Origin: Octopus sinensis | Lineage: Eukaryota | DNA length: 64,000 nt | Assembly (NCBI RefSeq): GCF_006345805.1 | Contig: NC_042997.1 | Location: 22,196,001 to 22,260,000, forward strand | Direction of reading: 5' to 3' | In this document: piece after piece, positions 1 through 13,167 of the stretch | How the letters are laid out: every line of letters starts with the position of its first letter | How positions within the stretch are numbered: position 1 is the stretch's first letter | The notes under the pieces: model-generated | Database searches by the model: none | Told to the model about the DNA's origin: nothing | Seen by the model: only the letters and a program-made list of their open reading frames with translations | Translations under genes and position numbers: made by a program

Positions 1-944
1 GTAATTAAGTCCAGGAACCAGTTTCTATATTAATCCAAATTGTATTTTCTTTTCTTTTTGTCATAATCAGGTGTATGTTCAGTTTGAACGTCTGTATGTT
101 GGCAGCTGCTGGAAAACCGTGGGTGGCTTACTTTCTGAGGGTGAAACAAAGGAGGGATACATAAAGCTGGGAGTTCAGAGAAAACAGGCTGTAATGATTG
201 GATAGATGCAGGGGTTGTAAGCCCGAGTTCGTAGTTTGCCAGATGTTGAGCAGTTCTCCAGTGAGGGTCTCTGTAGAGAGTCAGCAATCGATACGCTGGC
301 TTTGAAGGGGGAAACTAGTTTTGTGGCGTGCTGCTGTGGCTATTATTATTATTTGTTTAGGATCATAGTAATGCTTAGCATTTACGGTGACTGATAGTTT
401 TATTCGTCGTCCAAGACCAAAGATACTGAAGTATAAGATTGTTTCCTTTTCCTCGATATTAGCAGTGATTGTGTATTTATGATGTCGAAACCATAGAGAT
501 ATCTCCATTAACCTTCTTGCTAATACAAACTTCCTCCATTTTTAAATATAATCATTAAATAACTCCATAAATGTCCATCGGTAATGTTTCCTTTTTTTCG
601 TTGTTTCGTTTTGTTTGCTTGTTTTTTCGAACATATCTTTACGTTGAAAAACATTTAGTACATTTTGATTCTTAACTAGGAATCGAATTGGTTAAGATCT
701 CAAGTAAACTTTACCGTTTCAGCTATTTGCCGAGAACATAATGTATACAAACGTAGCAGCCTTTGCCCATTGATTCATCTCGCCTCACCTCACCCCATCC
801 CTCTTTTGATACCCCTCTCTCTCTCTGGATTGATTCTTCTTCTTGCCAAGTGTCGGATTTGATTTGTATTCCTATATGGCAACCAGACTAGGAAGGTTGA
901 AAGCAAGGACGTCATTGACATTTAAACTTAGACTATAAATGTCC

Positions 945-1140
945 TATCAGAACAAAAATTTGGTGTGGAGGTGGTAAGGATCAGTTGATTATGTCAACCT
1001 CAGTACTTTATTTTATCTACCCCTATAGGATGAAAGGCAAAGTGACCTCGACAGGGTTTGAACTCAAAATACATAGAGCCAGAACAGATACTGCAAGGAA
1101 TTTATATTTGTTCGACTCTTTGGCGTTTCTACCTCTCCAC
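945..1140 (-). mobile_element. Degenerate tRNA-derived SINE, family B
   Basis: Contains GGATGAAAGGCAAAGT..ACCTCG..TTTGAACTCA, matching the intact family-B copies elsewhere in the window. Confidence 0.7.
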
Positions 1141-2017
1141 TCTCCTAAGAAAGTCTGTCGTTCTTGCAACTATGCTATGTATGTTGACGAATTCCACCAA
1201 ATAATGATGATTCATAATGATTTCTTTCATAGACAGTAACTCAATTTATAAGAGAAGTGTTTAAAACGAAGAATTTCCTTACTTTCATTATGTTTTTTTA
1301 ATTAAGCACTTACAAGTTTTTTGTTTTTGTTTTTTTCGCATCTCCAGTAACTTCATTTACTCATTTTAATTATTTTACTGCTTGATCTCATCACGACCCC
1401 GAACATAATTCATTCTTTTAAAGTTTTTAAAAGTAAACAAATGTTCGGGTTTGTATGTGATGGGGTATTCATTTTCATAAAATAAAATAGCTATATTAGG
1501 GGGACGTATTTCAACTTGTAAAATGGACTAACATCAACAACGTCAATTTCTATCCAACTAACAAGCTCAGATTTAATCGAATGACTTATTTGATTTACGC
1601 CGATAATTTCGCTATGAGAAAATTTCCATAAAATTATTCAATTGTGTCTTTTGACACTTTAACATGGCTTCAACGTAGGAGCCTCACTAAGGTGGTTGGA
1701 GATGCTTGATATAGCGACCAAATAATTTACAATTTACATTATTAATTTAAATTAGGGATACTTTAGTTAATCCTGGATTAAATCTGCTTAGCTCAAGCCT
1801 AGCCGGTGATAAACATCAATTATTTAAGTTTGTTTTGATTCCGACTCCTGAATGCAAACATAATTAAAAATGGTTTAATATTCCCACACATAGAAATAGA
1901 ACTTCTTTTGAGGGTGTGAAAGAAATAAGCTATTACCGCTCAATCTATTTAACAAAAGCTTGTCTCTCTCGTTACAACCACTAATCGTTATACCATTTTT
2001 TTTTACTTGATTTGGTT

Positions 2018-2344
2018 CAGGGTTCTCAACCATTTTTTATCCATGGATTCCTTTGATTACTATTTTATTTTGGTGGACTCCCATAGCCATTCGATGTTTA
2101 AAAACTAGTTTTATAGCTACTTCTTTCAAAATTCCTATTCTGTTTTTCACACAAACTTTTATAAGCTGAACTCCATAAAATGTTACAGAAAGAGACCTAG
2201 CTGTTTCTTGCCATATATACCAATACATATATTTAAATCAGAATTTTCTCAGGGTCCCGTAAAATACTATCGTGGATCTCCAGCTTACTATTTTGTTTTG
2301 TGAACCCCCCAAAATCTTATATGGACTCCGCTTGAGAACCACAC
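2018..2344. mobile_element. Possible hAT-like MITE
   Basis: Ends CAGGGTTCTCAAC ... TTGAGAACCAC form a short imperfect TIR resembling hAT/Charlie termini; no 8-bp TSD seen. Confidence 0.4.
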
Positions 2345-2359
2345 TTTTAGTCTGTAGAC

Positions 2360-2490
2360 TGCTGCCATGTTGGGACACCGCCTTGAAGAATTTTAGTTGA
2401 AGGAATCTAATCCAGTGCTTATAATATTTTTCATTAAGCCTGATACTTATTCCATCGTTACTTTTGCCGAACTGCTAAGTTACGGACGAG
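2360..2490 (-). mobile_element. SINE family A 3' fragment
   Basis: Matches the A-family tail (TACTTATTC..ATCG..CTTTTGCCGAAC.GCTAAGTTACGG). Confidence 0.6.
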
Positions 2491-2899
2491 AAACTATTAC
2501 ATATCACACAGCTATTCTTTACTAGGAAGTAAATACACTTAAGTTACATTTAAAACCCGCTATTCTTTTCGAAAACTCCCATAAAACCCAAGATATTTAG
2601 TCATGATTTAAAATTTTACTAGAGTTTTATTATTTAATTTCATAACAGTATTTACAATATTGGATAAATGATATACCCACATTAAATAGACGAAGGTCAG
2701 TTTTTTTTCTGATTTACGAAATACTTAGACCACCGAGTGTCTTTATTATAATATAATCAAGTTGGAGCAGGAATACATGGTACTCCAAAAGGATATAAAA
2801 TGCATTACTTGCACTTATCTTTAGGAAGTATCCACGTGTACGAATGACAAATTATATGAACAAGCGAGTGTTTACTTAACCCTCACACCTCTACTACTC

Positions 2900-4770
2900 A
2901 ATATATATTACACCCATTACAGTATTGCGCTCTTTTACGTCATCTCTTTCACTCCGTATTTCGCACGCTCTCATTCTGTCTGCGTGTGTGTGTACTGCAT
3001 ATTGCGTACTCTTTCCTTTGTACACCCAAAAGCATGGATGCATGGTATAATATCTATATATGAGAGAAAGATCAACATATATACGTACATATATGCCCAC
3101 ATATCTATCTATCTATATAGTTATAAATTTCTGGTGGTATTTAGTTGAAGCGAACAGTTAGTTAGAAGCCCCAGCATATTAAATACGCACATAATTTCGT
3201 ATTTTAATGGGTGTGACATTTCGAAATTCTTCTTCTGCTTCGCCCCCACAAAATGATATGAAATTCATAAAAGAAGAAAACGCAAGAAAAAAATGGAACA
3301 TTGGATTTAATCTCCTCGGTGTCACTCCTATTATGCTGGTTAATTATTATGAGAAAAAGTCCCCCTCCCTCTGGAGGTGGGGTACAAATTATTTACCGAT
3401 AACTAGGTCCATTCGTGATAAATATCTTTGTTTAAGATTCACGTTGCCGGGTGACTCAGTGTAGTTTCACTACGGAAGCCCGTAGCGCTTTTAAGAGCTT
3501 TCTATTGACTCAATGCTGTTGTTGTTTAGCCCCCGGTCAGCTCTGCTGGAACGTACCTCTAATAAAAAAATTTTTTTTTAAATTCCTAACATTTTCTTTA
3601 TTTTTTGGTTACAGTCTATCAGGAATGATATTATTCAATAAATCCATTTTCAGGACAATATAAGGAAATTTGGCAGCTGTTTCTAGCAGATCAGAAGACC
3701 ACGTAATGACTTCAACGTTGCCTCTGAGTTAGTGTATATGTTGTTTACAGGAGAGAGAAAATGTGTGTATAAGTGTACCTGTGAGGAAGAGTGTATTTAA
3801 GCTGGATGGGAGACTTCGTTCTTAGTGTGCGACAGAGTGTAAATATGTGAATTACTACAAATCCTATTCGTATCAGCGAGAAGATTTTTTTCTTCTTTTG
3901 AACAGAAAATGTGCCATTTTTTTTTTTACTATAATCTTCAAACACTTTTCTTAAACTTGTTCTCAACGATACCACACCCACTCTAGTATTGTAAATAATG
4001 ATTTTGACTAGGAACGAGAAAGACTGGAAAGAAAGAAGAAGCCGTAATTTTTTTTTTCTATACCAAGTACGAGTAGTGGAGAAACGAGGTGGTCGGAGGG
4101 GTGCTTGTGTTATTTGTTTTATAGACTGCAGAAGCTAAAGTTAGTGTGTGTGGTTGGCGGATTTTAAAATAAAATTATTAGTAATGCAGGAAAAAAAAAA
4201 TTTTTATCTTTACTTTTAATAATGTTTTGTTATTGGTCTATGTAAATCGAATTTAGACATGACTCTTTTGATTTCTTCGATATTATCCATATGATAATAG
4301 AATTTGATGTGGTCATTTTTGATATAAGCTGAGATAGTGAAATAAAGTAGTTGTTGTTGCTGCTGTCTGTTCTCTATTGCTGCAAGAAGAGAAAATTACT
4401 TCGTATCTTGTCTCTTCTAAATTGATTATCTATGGTCTAGTGTATGTATATATATATATATATATATATATAGCGTACATATGTGTATATATGGTATAAA
4501 AAATATAAAATACACGAAGATGAGTTTAAAAGAAAAGACAGGGTGTACAAAGTTGACGCATATACACACATACATATATATACGCGCGTACGCACACGTG
4601 TAACACTGCGTATCGTTTTGGGAAGATTGAAGCATCAACCTGCTTATGCCAGAGCACTTGTCTGTATAGCAGTCTCTTAACTACGTGACTGAATTTAACT
4701 ATAGAATTTTCAAGTAGTGCAGAGGATTCTTGACAACATGCTTCAGGTTTGTACGTATGAAGAAAGTAAG
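2900..4770 (+). promoter_or_regulatory. Putative CpG-retaining promoter / 5' exon region of a + strand host gene
   Basis: CpG is frequent in unique DNA up to ~5.2 kb and nearly absent in unique DNA downstream. Motifs: CRE-like TTACGTCA (2935-2942), AP-1 TGACTCA twice (3452-3458, 3506-3512), ETS core CGGAAG (3473-3478). Candidate donors CAG|GTTTGT (4746/4747, after ATG CTT CAG at 4738) and AAA|GTAAGA (4765/4766). Inference only; no TSS data. Confidence 0.4.
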
Positions 4771-5222
4771 AAAACTTTCTACTACAAAGCATTTTTTAAA
4801 AAATTACATAATTTAATCTTAGGAGAAATTATGATCCCGACCATTGTCGGCATCCTCCAGATAAGTAAATAACGGTAGCTGATAGCCAGCTTTAACATCT
4901 CAAAGTCAATAGCCTCGGGAAAAACGTGTGGGGTAGGGAAAGCTAAAAAGAGACTGGGCATCTGCTTTGAATGATTGTAGCTAGGTGAATTCTGTCAGGG
5001 GCAGCCAAGGACGTTTTCTTACAAAATATTTGTAAGGGTGATGTTAAACTGGACTGTGTATTAAGTTGACAGAAACTATAGTGCGCTGCACAAAAGGCCT
5101 TAAAGTCTTCGAGGCTCTGTGGAATGCATCTCCCAGTCTTCGAGACTCTGTGGAAAGGTTACTGATGCCGACCTTCCTCGTTTAAACCATGGGGGAGAAA
5201 AAAAGAAAGAAAAAGAACTTAT

Positions 5223-5595
5223 AGGCGTAGGAGTAGCTGTGTGGTAAGTAGCTTGCTTACCAACCACCGGGTTCCAGGTTCAGTCCCACTGCGTGGCACC
5301 TTGGGCAAGTGTCTTCTACTGTAGCCTCGGGCCGACCAAAGCCTTGTGAGTGGATTTGGTAGGCAGAAACTGAAAGAAGCCCATCATATATATGTATATG
5401 TTTGTGTGTCTGTGTTTGTTCCCCCAACATCGCTTGACAACTGATGCTGGTGTGTTTATGTCTCCATAACTTAGCGATTCGGCAAAAGAGACCGATAGAA
5501 TAAGTACTAGGCTTATAAAGAATAAGTCCTGGGGTCGATTTGCTCGACTACAGGCAATGCTCTAGCATGGCCACGACTGAAACAAGTAAAAGAGT
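5223..5595 (+). mobile_element. tRNA-derived SINE family A (tRNA head, CORE-like block, (TA/TG)n, A1 tail)
   Basis: A-box-like TAGCTGTGTGGTAAG, B-box-like GGTTCAGTCCC, CORE-like GGCACCTTGGGCAAGTGTCTT, tail ending ACTGAAACAAGTAAAAGAG; near-identical copies at 16659, 30672, 47349. Confidence 0.9.
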
Positions 5596-7481
5596 ATACT
5601 TGAATGCCAAAGTATGGTAAATTTTTCTCCCCATCTGAAGTGACCACCTTGTGCAGTCTGCACACTTCACAGAGTTCGTGTTCTGCCACTAAAGGGGCTA
5701 AATTCCTTAGATTTCTTATAGTAAGAGGAAATAGAAAGATATATCCCTTGTCTTTGCTACAGTATTAGTGGCATAAATGAAGTGAAACTGTTATAAATGG
5801 GAATGGAATCAAAGTGAAAGAAGTCACCACACGCACATATTGAATATCATCTCTCCCAGATGTAACAAAATAAGTTCCAGCAATTTGCTATGGTCAATTT
5901 TATCAAATCCACCCCCCACCTAACTCATAAATAAATGGCATTTTGCTTGTGCAAGAAATCGATATTTGGATATTTAATGAGGAAGGAGTGATGGTTAAGG
6001 GTATTGTGTCAGACAAATCATTATAAGCTCTTTTTCTTCAGTAAGATAATTTTAATTCAATTACTCAGCTGATGTTACTCAGGAAAAATATGAATGATGC
6101 ACCAGTCCACTTTCTCTTCTCTATAACAGTGTTAATACTCAAAGTATTTCATGTGTTGTGCATTGTGATGTTTTGATTTTGACTCCTTTCCCAGTTAGAA
6201 CAATTTCACTTCATTCATGCCTCTAACATTGTAACAAAAAGAAAGAATATGACTTTCTATTTCCTCTTGCTACAAATCTAAGAGACTTAGCCCCTTCGGT
6301 GGTGGAGCATGAACTCTGCAAAGTGTACAAAGTGGCTACATTGGTTAAGGGGACAAGCATGCAACGTAGTTTGACATTCAAGTACAAGTTCTTGTGTTTA
6401 TTTTTTTTTATGACTTAGATAAGGAAAAACAGCATCCATAACATTTTCCCAGGGTCTCGATGACTGGCGGAGGACAATGGCAGGTGAGATCTTGTTATCA
6501 TCTTACCAGAAACCTGATCTGAATGCTTGCCGAGAGATAACAAAGAAAAAAAAATCAATTAGATTCTTATCACATGCTGTCTAGAGACTGACACCTGTCT
6601 ATGTTAGATAAAGTGATGCTGTGGCAGAATTCCAGTATAGTAATAGCTGACCAGAGGTCTGAAGAACTAGAGCTAATATTACTCTTATGACATACACTCT
6701 ATTTTGAGTTGAAAATTATTTGTAAATTCACTAAGATAATTTACCATAAAATTTCTTACTTTTAATTAATTTAATTTTGATTTAAGATATTTAAGAGAGG
6801 ACTCATCTTTAACCTTGTGGAAAAACTAATCCAGCAAATGTAATTACTTGGTAAAGTAGCAGCTCATCAAATCACACTCTACTGTCTTCAAACATAAAGA
6901 ACGCAATAGTTATTATGATCTTAGGATCTTAGATACACTGTGCTTGGTAAAGAAAATATAGGTTGATTATGACTGGAATTGATCTTAAATCTTGTTTTAT
7001 AACAAGAATATTTAGGAGCAAAAAAATCACATGGTCTTAGACACATCATATCCAGGGAGTGCAGAAGGCTTAGATTTTTATTGTATCTAGAACAGTTTTC
7101 TAGAATCCTTGGCTTGGAGAATTTTCATACTGTCATTTTAAATTTTATTAATTCTTTTACTGGTTCCATTGTAGAAATACTGGAACACCACTCTCAATGG
7201 TATAATTGATTATATCGATCTCAGTTCACAAGTGCCTGATTCAGCTACAAGACATGGATAACACAACTTTTCGAAATTGCACTCTACTATTATTTCAAAT
7301 TCAAATTTTAATTTTGAAATATCAGATTAAAGTATCAACTAATTTAAGTGGAACTCAATGTGTGTGTGTGCCTAGAAATTATGCCAAAGCCAACAACAGG
7401 GCCTGACACAGTTTTGCTGCTTGATGGACCCTATCAAGCTATCAAACCTGTGCCAGGATAGAAAACAGGTGTTAAATGATA

Positions 7482-7705
7482 ATGATGGTAAAAGCAGTGA
7501 ACTGGCAGAACCATTAGCATGCTGGTAAGAAATACTTAGCAGCATTTTGTCCATATTTACTTTGCAAGTTCAAATCCCACCAGGGTCGGCTTTTCCTTTC
7601 ATCCTTTCAGGGCTGATAAATTAAGTACCAGTTGAACTCTGGGATTGATTCAATCAACTTACCCACTTCCCTCAAACCTGCTGGCCTTGTGCCAAAATTT
7701 AAAAC
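7482..7705 (+). mobile_element. Degenerate SINE family B
   Basis: Head GTGAACTGGCAGAACCATTAGCA, B-box-like AGTTCAAATCC, and CCTTTCATCCTTTCAGGG as in other B copies. Confidence 0.75.
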
Positions 7706-8599
7706 TAAATAATGATTATAGTATATACAGAGTGGGTGGTTAAATGAATCCTTTGAGCTTCAGAAAAATATCAGCCTCTTTGCATTCTACATTCACACCT
7801 CATCAAGGTCAACTTTGCTTTCATTCATTATTCAATAAATAAATACCAGTCAAGTATTGAAGTGAAACTTTCTCTCACTCTTTTTCTTCTTCAGAATCAG
7901 TTGCACTACCTTATAAGGGGATTATGAGGGATCACTTTCAATGTCCCCTAGTTTAGGGATAGCAATATCTTCTCATTTAACATGTTACAGAAACCAGACA
8001 AAGAAACCATAGAAGAATATAGCAGATGTGGGTGGACTATGATATAGAATTGTCTTTCATACACACACACACACACACACATATGCAAAGTGAAATCCAT
8101 TGCATCTTGTACATAATTTATAGTACATTTGCTTCTCTCTCACATTGTATACTATTATGAGCAGCTGTGGCAGCTGATCAAATATGAAGGTGTATGATTT
8201 AACAATGGGATATGTATCTGTGTCAGTCATTGTGTGTGTATGTTTATGTAAGTGTGAGTATATGTTTGTGCATGTATGTGTGTATGAATATGTACATTGC
8301 AGGATTTGTTTTTTTCTGTCATACTGTTTACGTTAATTATGTTCTGTTATACAGAATTACTGAGTGCACTGGTAATTTGTTGCATAAAAATACATTTGTG
8401 TATGTGTGTGTGTGTGTGTGTGTGATGATAATGGAGGTGTGCAATTTGAAACTCCAAAACCAGTAATCAACCTTTTCCTTGTAAAAGTTGGATAAACTAG
8501 TATTCTAGTAAAAAAATAGCGAGTAAATATTTAGTTTTAGTTTAATGTTAAATTGTTTTTTATATAACTTAACATGAGAACAAACACTGCTCTCTCTCT

Positions 8600-8614
8600 C
8601 TTTCTACATACTTA

Positions 8615-8661
<47 letters not shown>

Positions 8662-8700
8662 ATATATATATATATATATATATCATCATCATCATCATCA
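8600..8700. repeat. Compound microsatellite (TCTA)n(TA)n(CAT)n
   Basis: Directly visible; the (CAT)n part is the tail of the adjacent family-C element. Confidence 0.95.
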
Positions 8701-9068
8701 TCGTTTAACGTCCGTTCTCCATGCTAGCATGGGTTGGATGGTTCGACCGGGGTTCTGGGAAGCCAGAAGGCTGCACCAGGCTCCAGTCTAATCTGGCAAT
8801 GTTTCTACAGCTGGATGCCCTTCCTAACGCCAACCACTCCGTGAGTGTAGTGGGTGCTTTTTACGTGCCACCTGCATAGGTGCCAGGCGGGGCTGGCAAC
8901 GGCCACGGTCAGATTGGTGTATTTTATGTGCCACCAGCACGGAAGCCAGTCGAGGCAGTGCTGGCATCAGCCACGAGTCGGATAGTGCTTTTTACGTACC
9001 ACCAGACCAGGGATCCTGGCTGGTTCAATTCGATTTCGATTTCGCTTGCCCCAACATGTCTTCACAAG
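8684..9068 (-). mobile_element. Family C element (RTE-type 3' end with (GAT)n tail)
   Basis: Reverse complement of GGTTGGCGTTAGGAAGGGCATCCAGCTGTAGAAAC...CGGACGTTAAACGATGATG; ~10 copies in the window. Confidence 0.85.
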
Positions 9069-9161
9069 CAATATATATATATAAAACAGACACACAAAAA
9101 CAATTTATATATATACACACAATCTCTCTCTCTCTCAATACATATATATATATATATATAT

Positions 9162-9760
9162 AACCTAGCAAAAACCAATGTCTTAGTAAGTAGGAAGGCA
9201 GACAAATCCCAAATCCCTTCAGGTTGATGGCCCTACTCGATCTGTAGAAGAGGCATAAGTAGAAACCCTATAAGATGTACCTAGTGTAAGCTATTTACAC
9301 ATAAGAGGTGCAGCAATATCAGAAGAAGGTTAACAGGGAAAATAGCTTTTGTGTGTGGAAAATGCACAGGTACAATACTCACCGAAAATGTACAGAAAAC
9401 AGACTCCAACTACTTATGGGGTAAGCTAGAGGTAGTAGATAGCTTCCGTTATCTAGGTGACCAAGTTAATATTGGAGGTGGATGCCCCAAGAGTGTGGTT
9501 GTGAGAATAAGATTAGGTTGGACAAAGTTCTGAGAGCTCCTGCCTCTGCTGGCAGCAAAGGGCATCTCCCTCAAAGTGAAAGGTAGATTGTATGGTGCCT
9601 GTGTGCGAATAGCTATGTTACACAGCAGTGAAGCATGGACTGTGACAGCTGGGGACATGTGTAGGCTTGAAAGAAATGAAGCCAGTATGCTTGGCTGGAT
9701 GTGCAATGTCAGTGTGCATGTTCAACAGAGAGTGAGCATCTTGAAGGAAAATTTGGGCAT
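9162..9760 (+). mobile_element. RTE-clade LINE, decayed fragment of the post-RT region
   Basis: Translates as NLAKTNVLVS...VCGKC...LEVVDSFRYLGD...RIRLGWTKF*ELLPLL...KGRLYGACVRIAMLHSSEAW...LERNEASMLGWMC, typical RTE ORF C-terminal motifs, with stops. Confidence 0.9.
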
Positions 9761-9772
9761 TATATATATTAA

Positions 9773-9976
9773 TCCTTTAGCATTTAAACCAGCCATATAT
9801 TCTACTTGTTTAATGCTTGAACTGACCAGAACCAGCCTCTCACACCTACTCTGCAATGTCATTTAAAAGTAAGCAATCACATCATTGAAACCTCAAAGTT
9901 ATAATATAAGCCATCATTAATTCAAAACAATGAATAAATAAGCATTGCATTTGATGATGACCTGAATGCTAAAGGA
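9773..9976. mobile_element. piggyBac-like MITE
   Basis: TTAA|TCCTTTAGCATT ... AATGCTAAAGGA|CTAA; second copy in opposite orientation at 35203-35405. Confidence 0.6.
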
Positions 9977-10068
9977 CTAAAGTCATGTCAACTTTGGAGT
10001 ATTCTTCATTCCTGAGATTATCTCCCCTTCTTATATGGTGTTGGTCTAATTGCTATTTCATAATTAGT

Positions 10069-10390
10069 GAGGGCGCGTGGCTTAGTGGTTAGGGCATTCG
10101 GCTCATGATCGTAAGGTTGTGAGTTCGATTCCCGGCGACGCGTTGTGTCCTTGAGCAAGACACTTTATTTCACGTTGCTCCAGTCCACTCAGCTGGCAAA
10201 AATGAGTTGTACTTGTATTTCCAAGGGTCAGCCTTGTCACTCTCTGTGTCACGCTGATTATCCCCGAGAACTACGTTAAGGGTACACGTGTCTGTGGAAT
10301 GCTCAGCCATTTGCACGTTAATTTCACGAGCAAGCTGTTCCGTTGATCGTATCAGCTGGGACCCTCGTCGTCGTAACCGGCGGAGACTTT
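10069..10390 (+). mobile_element. tRNA-derived SINE family D (CORE-like)
   Basis: A box TGGCTTAGTGG, B box GAGTTCGATTC, CORE-like GTGTCCTTGAGCAAGACACTT; CpGs intact, so a young copy. A SINE rather than a tRNA gene because of the long non-tRNA body. Confidence 0.85.
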
Positions 10391-10767
10391 AATTTTATAA
10401 TTATGACATATCCCCTTGTGGTGGAGATGATATTCATAAATCAAGAAACCTTTATTTCTTAACATATATATATATGTGTGTGTGTGTGCACGTGTGTATT
10501 TGTATGTATGTTTGTATGTGTATCTGCCAATATGCGGGCCAACCCTGCATGAGATTTTCACCTGGTTTGCTCCTGCTATATTCTTAATTTTCCCTCATCT
10601 TCCCTCCTCTTAATCCCCATCTCTGCATCATATTCCAAAGAAGGACAATATATAACCATTTCTCTTAGTATCAAAATTATATATTCTGATCATGAACTCA
10701 TCCTCATCTTGCTACTTGTTCTTTGCTGTTTATGTCTGTGTGTATATGTGCATATATCATCATCATC

Positions 10768-10801
10768 ATTTAACGTCCGCTTTCCATGCTAGCATGGGTT
10801 G

Positions 10802-10843
<42 letters not shown>

Positions 10844-11010
10844 CTATATATAAATGTGTGTAGTATATATATATATATATACTATATATAAATTTGTGTA
10901 GTATATATATATATATATGAGCATATGTATATTGTGTCTGTATGCACATATGTGTGCATGAGTGTATGTATATATGTATATATATATATATATATGTGTG
11001 TGTGTATGTG
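10768..11010. repeat. Truncated family-C tail followed by a long (TA)n/(TG)n microsatellite
   Basis: CATCATCATTTAACGTCCGC... then (TA)n and mixed dinucleotide repeats. Confidence 0.9.
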
Positions 11011-11589
11011 TGCACATGAATGCATAGCTTTTGTTTATTTTGTGGTATAAAAACATAAAGTTACTTAATACAGATTTGAGTGGGAAATGCGCAAAGTGTG
11101 ATTTATGTGTTTATATAAATGTGAGATATACTGGTCTTCTGTTTATCTTCCTAATTCACAATGAAGCAACAATGTCCACATTACAAGTATACCTTATTAA
11201 TCTAATCTCATAAACTTATAGATTAGTCAAGTGCATTCATATCTCAACATACTATCTAAACAACAGATCAAGAGGAACTTAATTAGCATGGTTTCAAATA
11301 CTATAATATTCAACAGAGAATCTTTTCCCATGTTTAATCATTTATTTTAAGGTTTATTGATAGAATTACAAGGAAGCATTTTACAGTTAGTACAATCTTG
11401 TTATGCCTCTTTGTTGTGTCTTTTATAAACAACCATTTTTGTGTTAGACGTAGAAACGGCAGTTCTTAATTCTAAAAACACAGGATTTACTTATTACTAA
11501 AGCTTTTAAAAAAATAATAAGGACTGCTTTATCACTGATATGAACTCAATTGCTTTCTGTGAAGATGCAATCTCTCTTAGAAAATGCAT

Positions 11590-12002
11590 GCAGCTATTAT
11601 TGCTAAGATGCATTGGGTCTCTCAGAGGCAAAGTGGCTGAGTTCCTTTTGAGTGTTGGACCTCACGGAGGCAAAGTGGCTGAGTTCATTTTGAGCATCAG
11701 GCCTCACAGAGGTAATGACTAAGACCTTTGGCTTTATGTCATACTTGAGAAGAAGAACTATCAAGCTGAGAAAAGTCGCAGTCATGGAAGATAACAGTGT
11801 CACGCAAATGACACCTGTGCCAGTGGCACGTAAAAGCACCCATTACACTCTTGGAGTGGTTGGCATTAGGAAGGGCATCCAGCTGTAGAAAACCATGCCA
11901 AATCAGACTGGAGTTTGGTGCAACCTCCCAGCTTACCAGTCCTGGTCAAACCGTCCAACCCATGCCATGGACAATGGACGTTAAATGATGATGATGATGA
12001 TG
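11590..12002 (+). mobile_element. Family C element with internal ~42-bp tandem duplication
   Basis: GAGGCAAAGTGGCTGAGTTC occurs twice (11625-11690); standard C tail ending (GAT)n. Confidence 0.8.
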
Positions 12003-13167
12003 GTTTCAAACAATCATAAGATTTCTAAAGAATAAATATCATGTTAGATTCTGAACCAGTATTTGTTCTTTATGTGTGTGTATATGTGTCTTTAAAAAAG
12101 TTTTCACCCTACCAAATTAATGAAAACAACCCAGAAAGGGAGTCATTGTATGATCATTCATTCTAATAGAAATAGCTGCTAAATCACCACAAAATCACAC
12201 CTGCTATGTTTAAGAAAGAAGTACACATAAGATAATATAATCCAACATGTTTCTAAAATGACATGATGGTTGCAGCTTAATTTTTTTTTTTATCATAAAT
12301 CTCTGCTTAATCAAGGTCAATTTTCAAACTTGACAACAGCATCACAAACTGATATCCTTGACTAAATCCAGAACAATAGAAATCAACTAATTATCAATAA
12401 ATCCTCCTAAACTGACTCTCTTCAATCTTTCAGTCACTAGACTTATGGATTTATTTTGTTGTAATGTCTGCAGTCAGTCCTTCTGAATATTTTAAAACTA
12501 CATATATATTTATGTATCATTGATTATATACGCAAAATTTATAGTGCTCACTTTTAATTAGAATAGATAATGTACGAAAAGAAGATAAATAACTGTATTG
12601 AGATGTACTGGCTGTTGCTTGAATTTTCTATGGAGATGTTGATCTTTAAACATCTCACTATTTTAGAAATAAAATGACTGAAGATTGACACCTCTTTTGA
12701 GATACCATGAAACTACTAATACATCTCAGTTCAGTTAAATCATATGTATTTCTCTCTCTCTCTCTCTCTCTCTCTTTCACACACACACACACATTAATGG
12801 ATAATTGTAATTACATTTTATTACGACAATAATATATTTGTTTCTAAATTGTTCAGAAATAAGATATTTTACTGACAGAAGATGGAGAATGGCAGCAACT
12901 AGTTATTTATTCCCAAGACTGATATCTTTGTAATGTTTTAGTGCACAGGATTAGGGTTTCATAGCTACAAGGTCAAGGAATTATTTAAAAAGACTTAACA
13001 TTAACTGAAGAAAAATATTAAAGAAGCATTTCTTTTCTTAAAGAGATGAATTCAATCTCTTATTTGTGCTGCCTTCCTTTGAAGCTAATTAATGTTATAT
13101 GTCTAACAAGCTGTGTTAACCCCCTCCTATCCTTTCTATCCATTGTCATTCATCCTATCTTATTACC

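Noticed and set aside
10069-10140. tRNA gene
   Set aside because: A and B boxes are present, but there is no acceptor-stem closure and it continues into a CORE-like SINE body.
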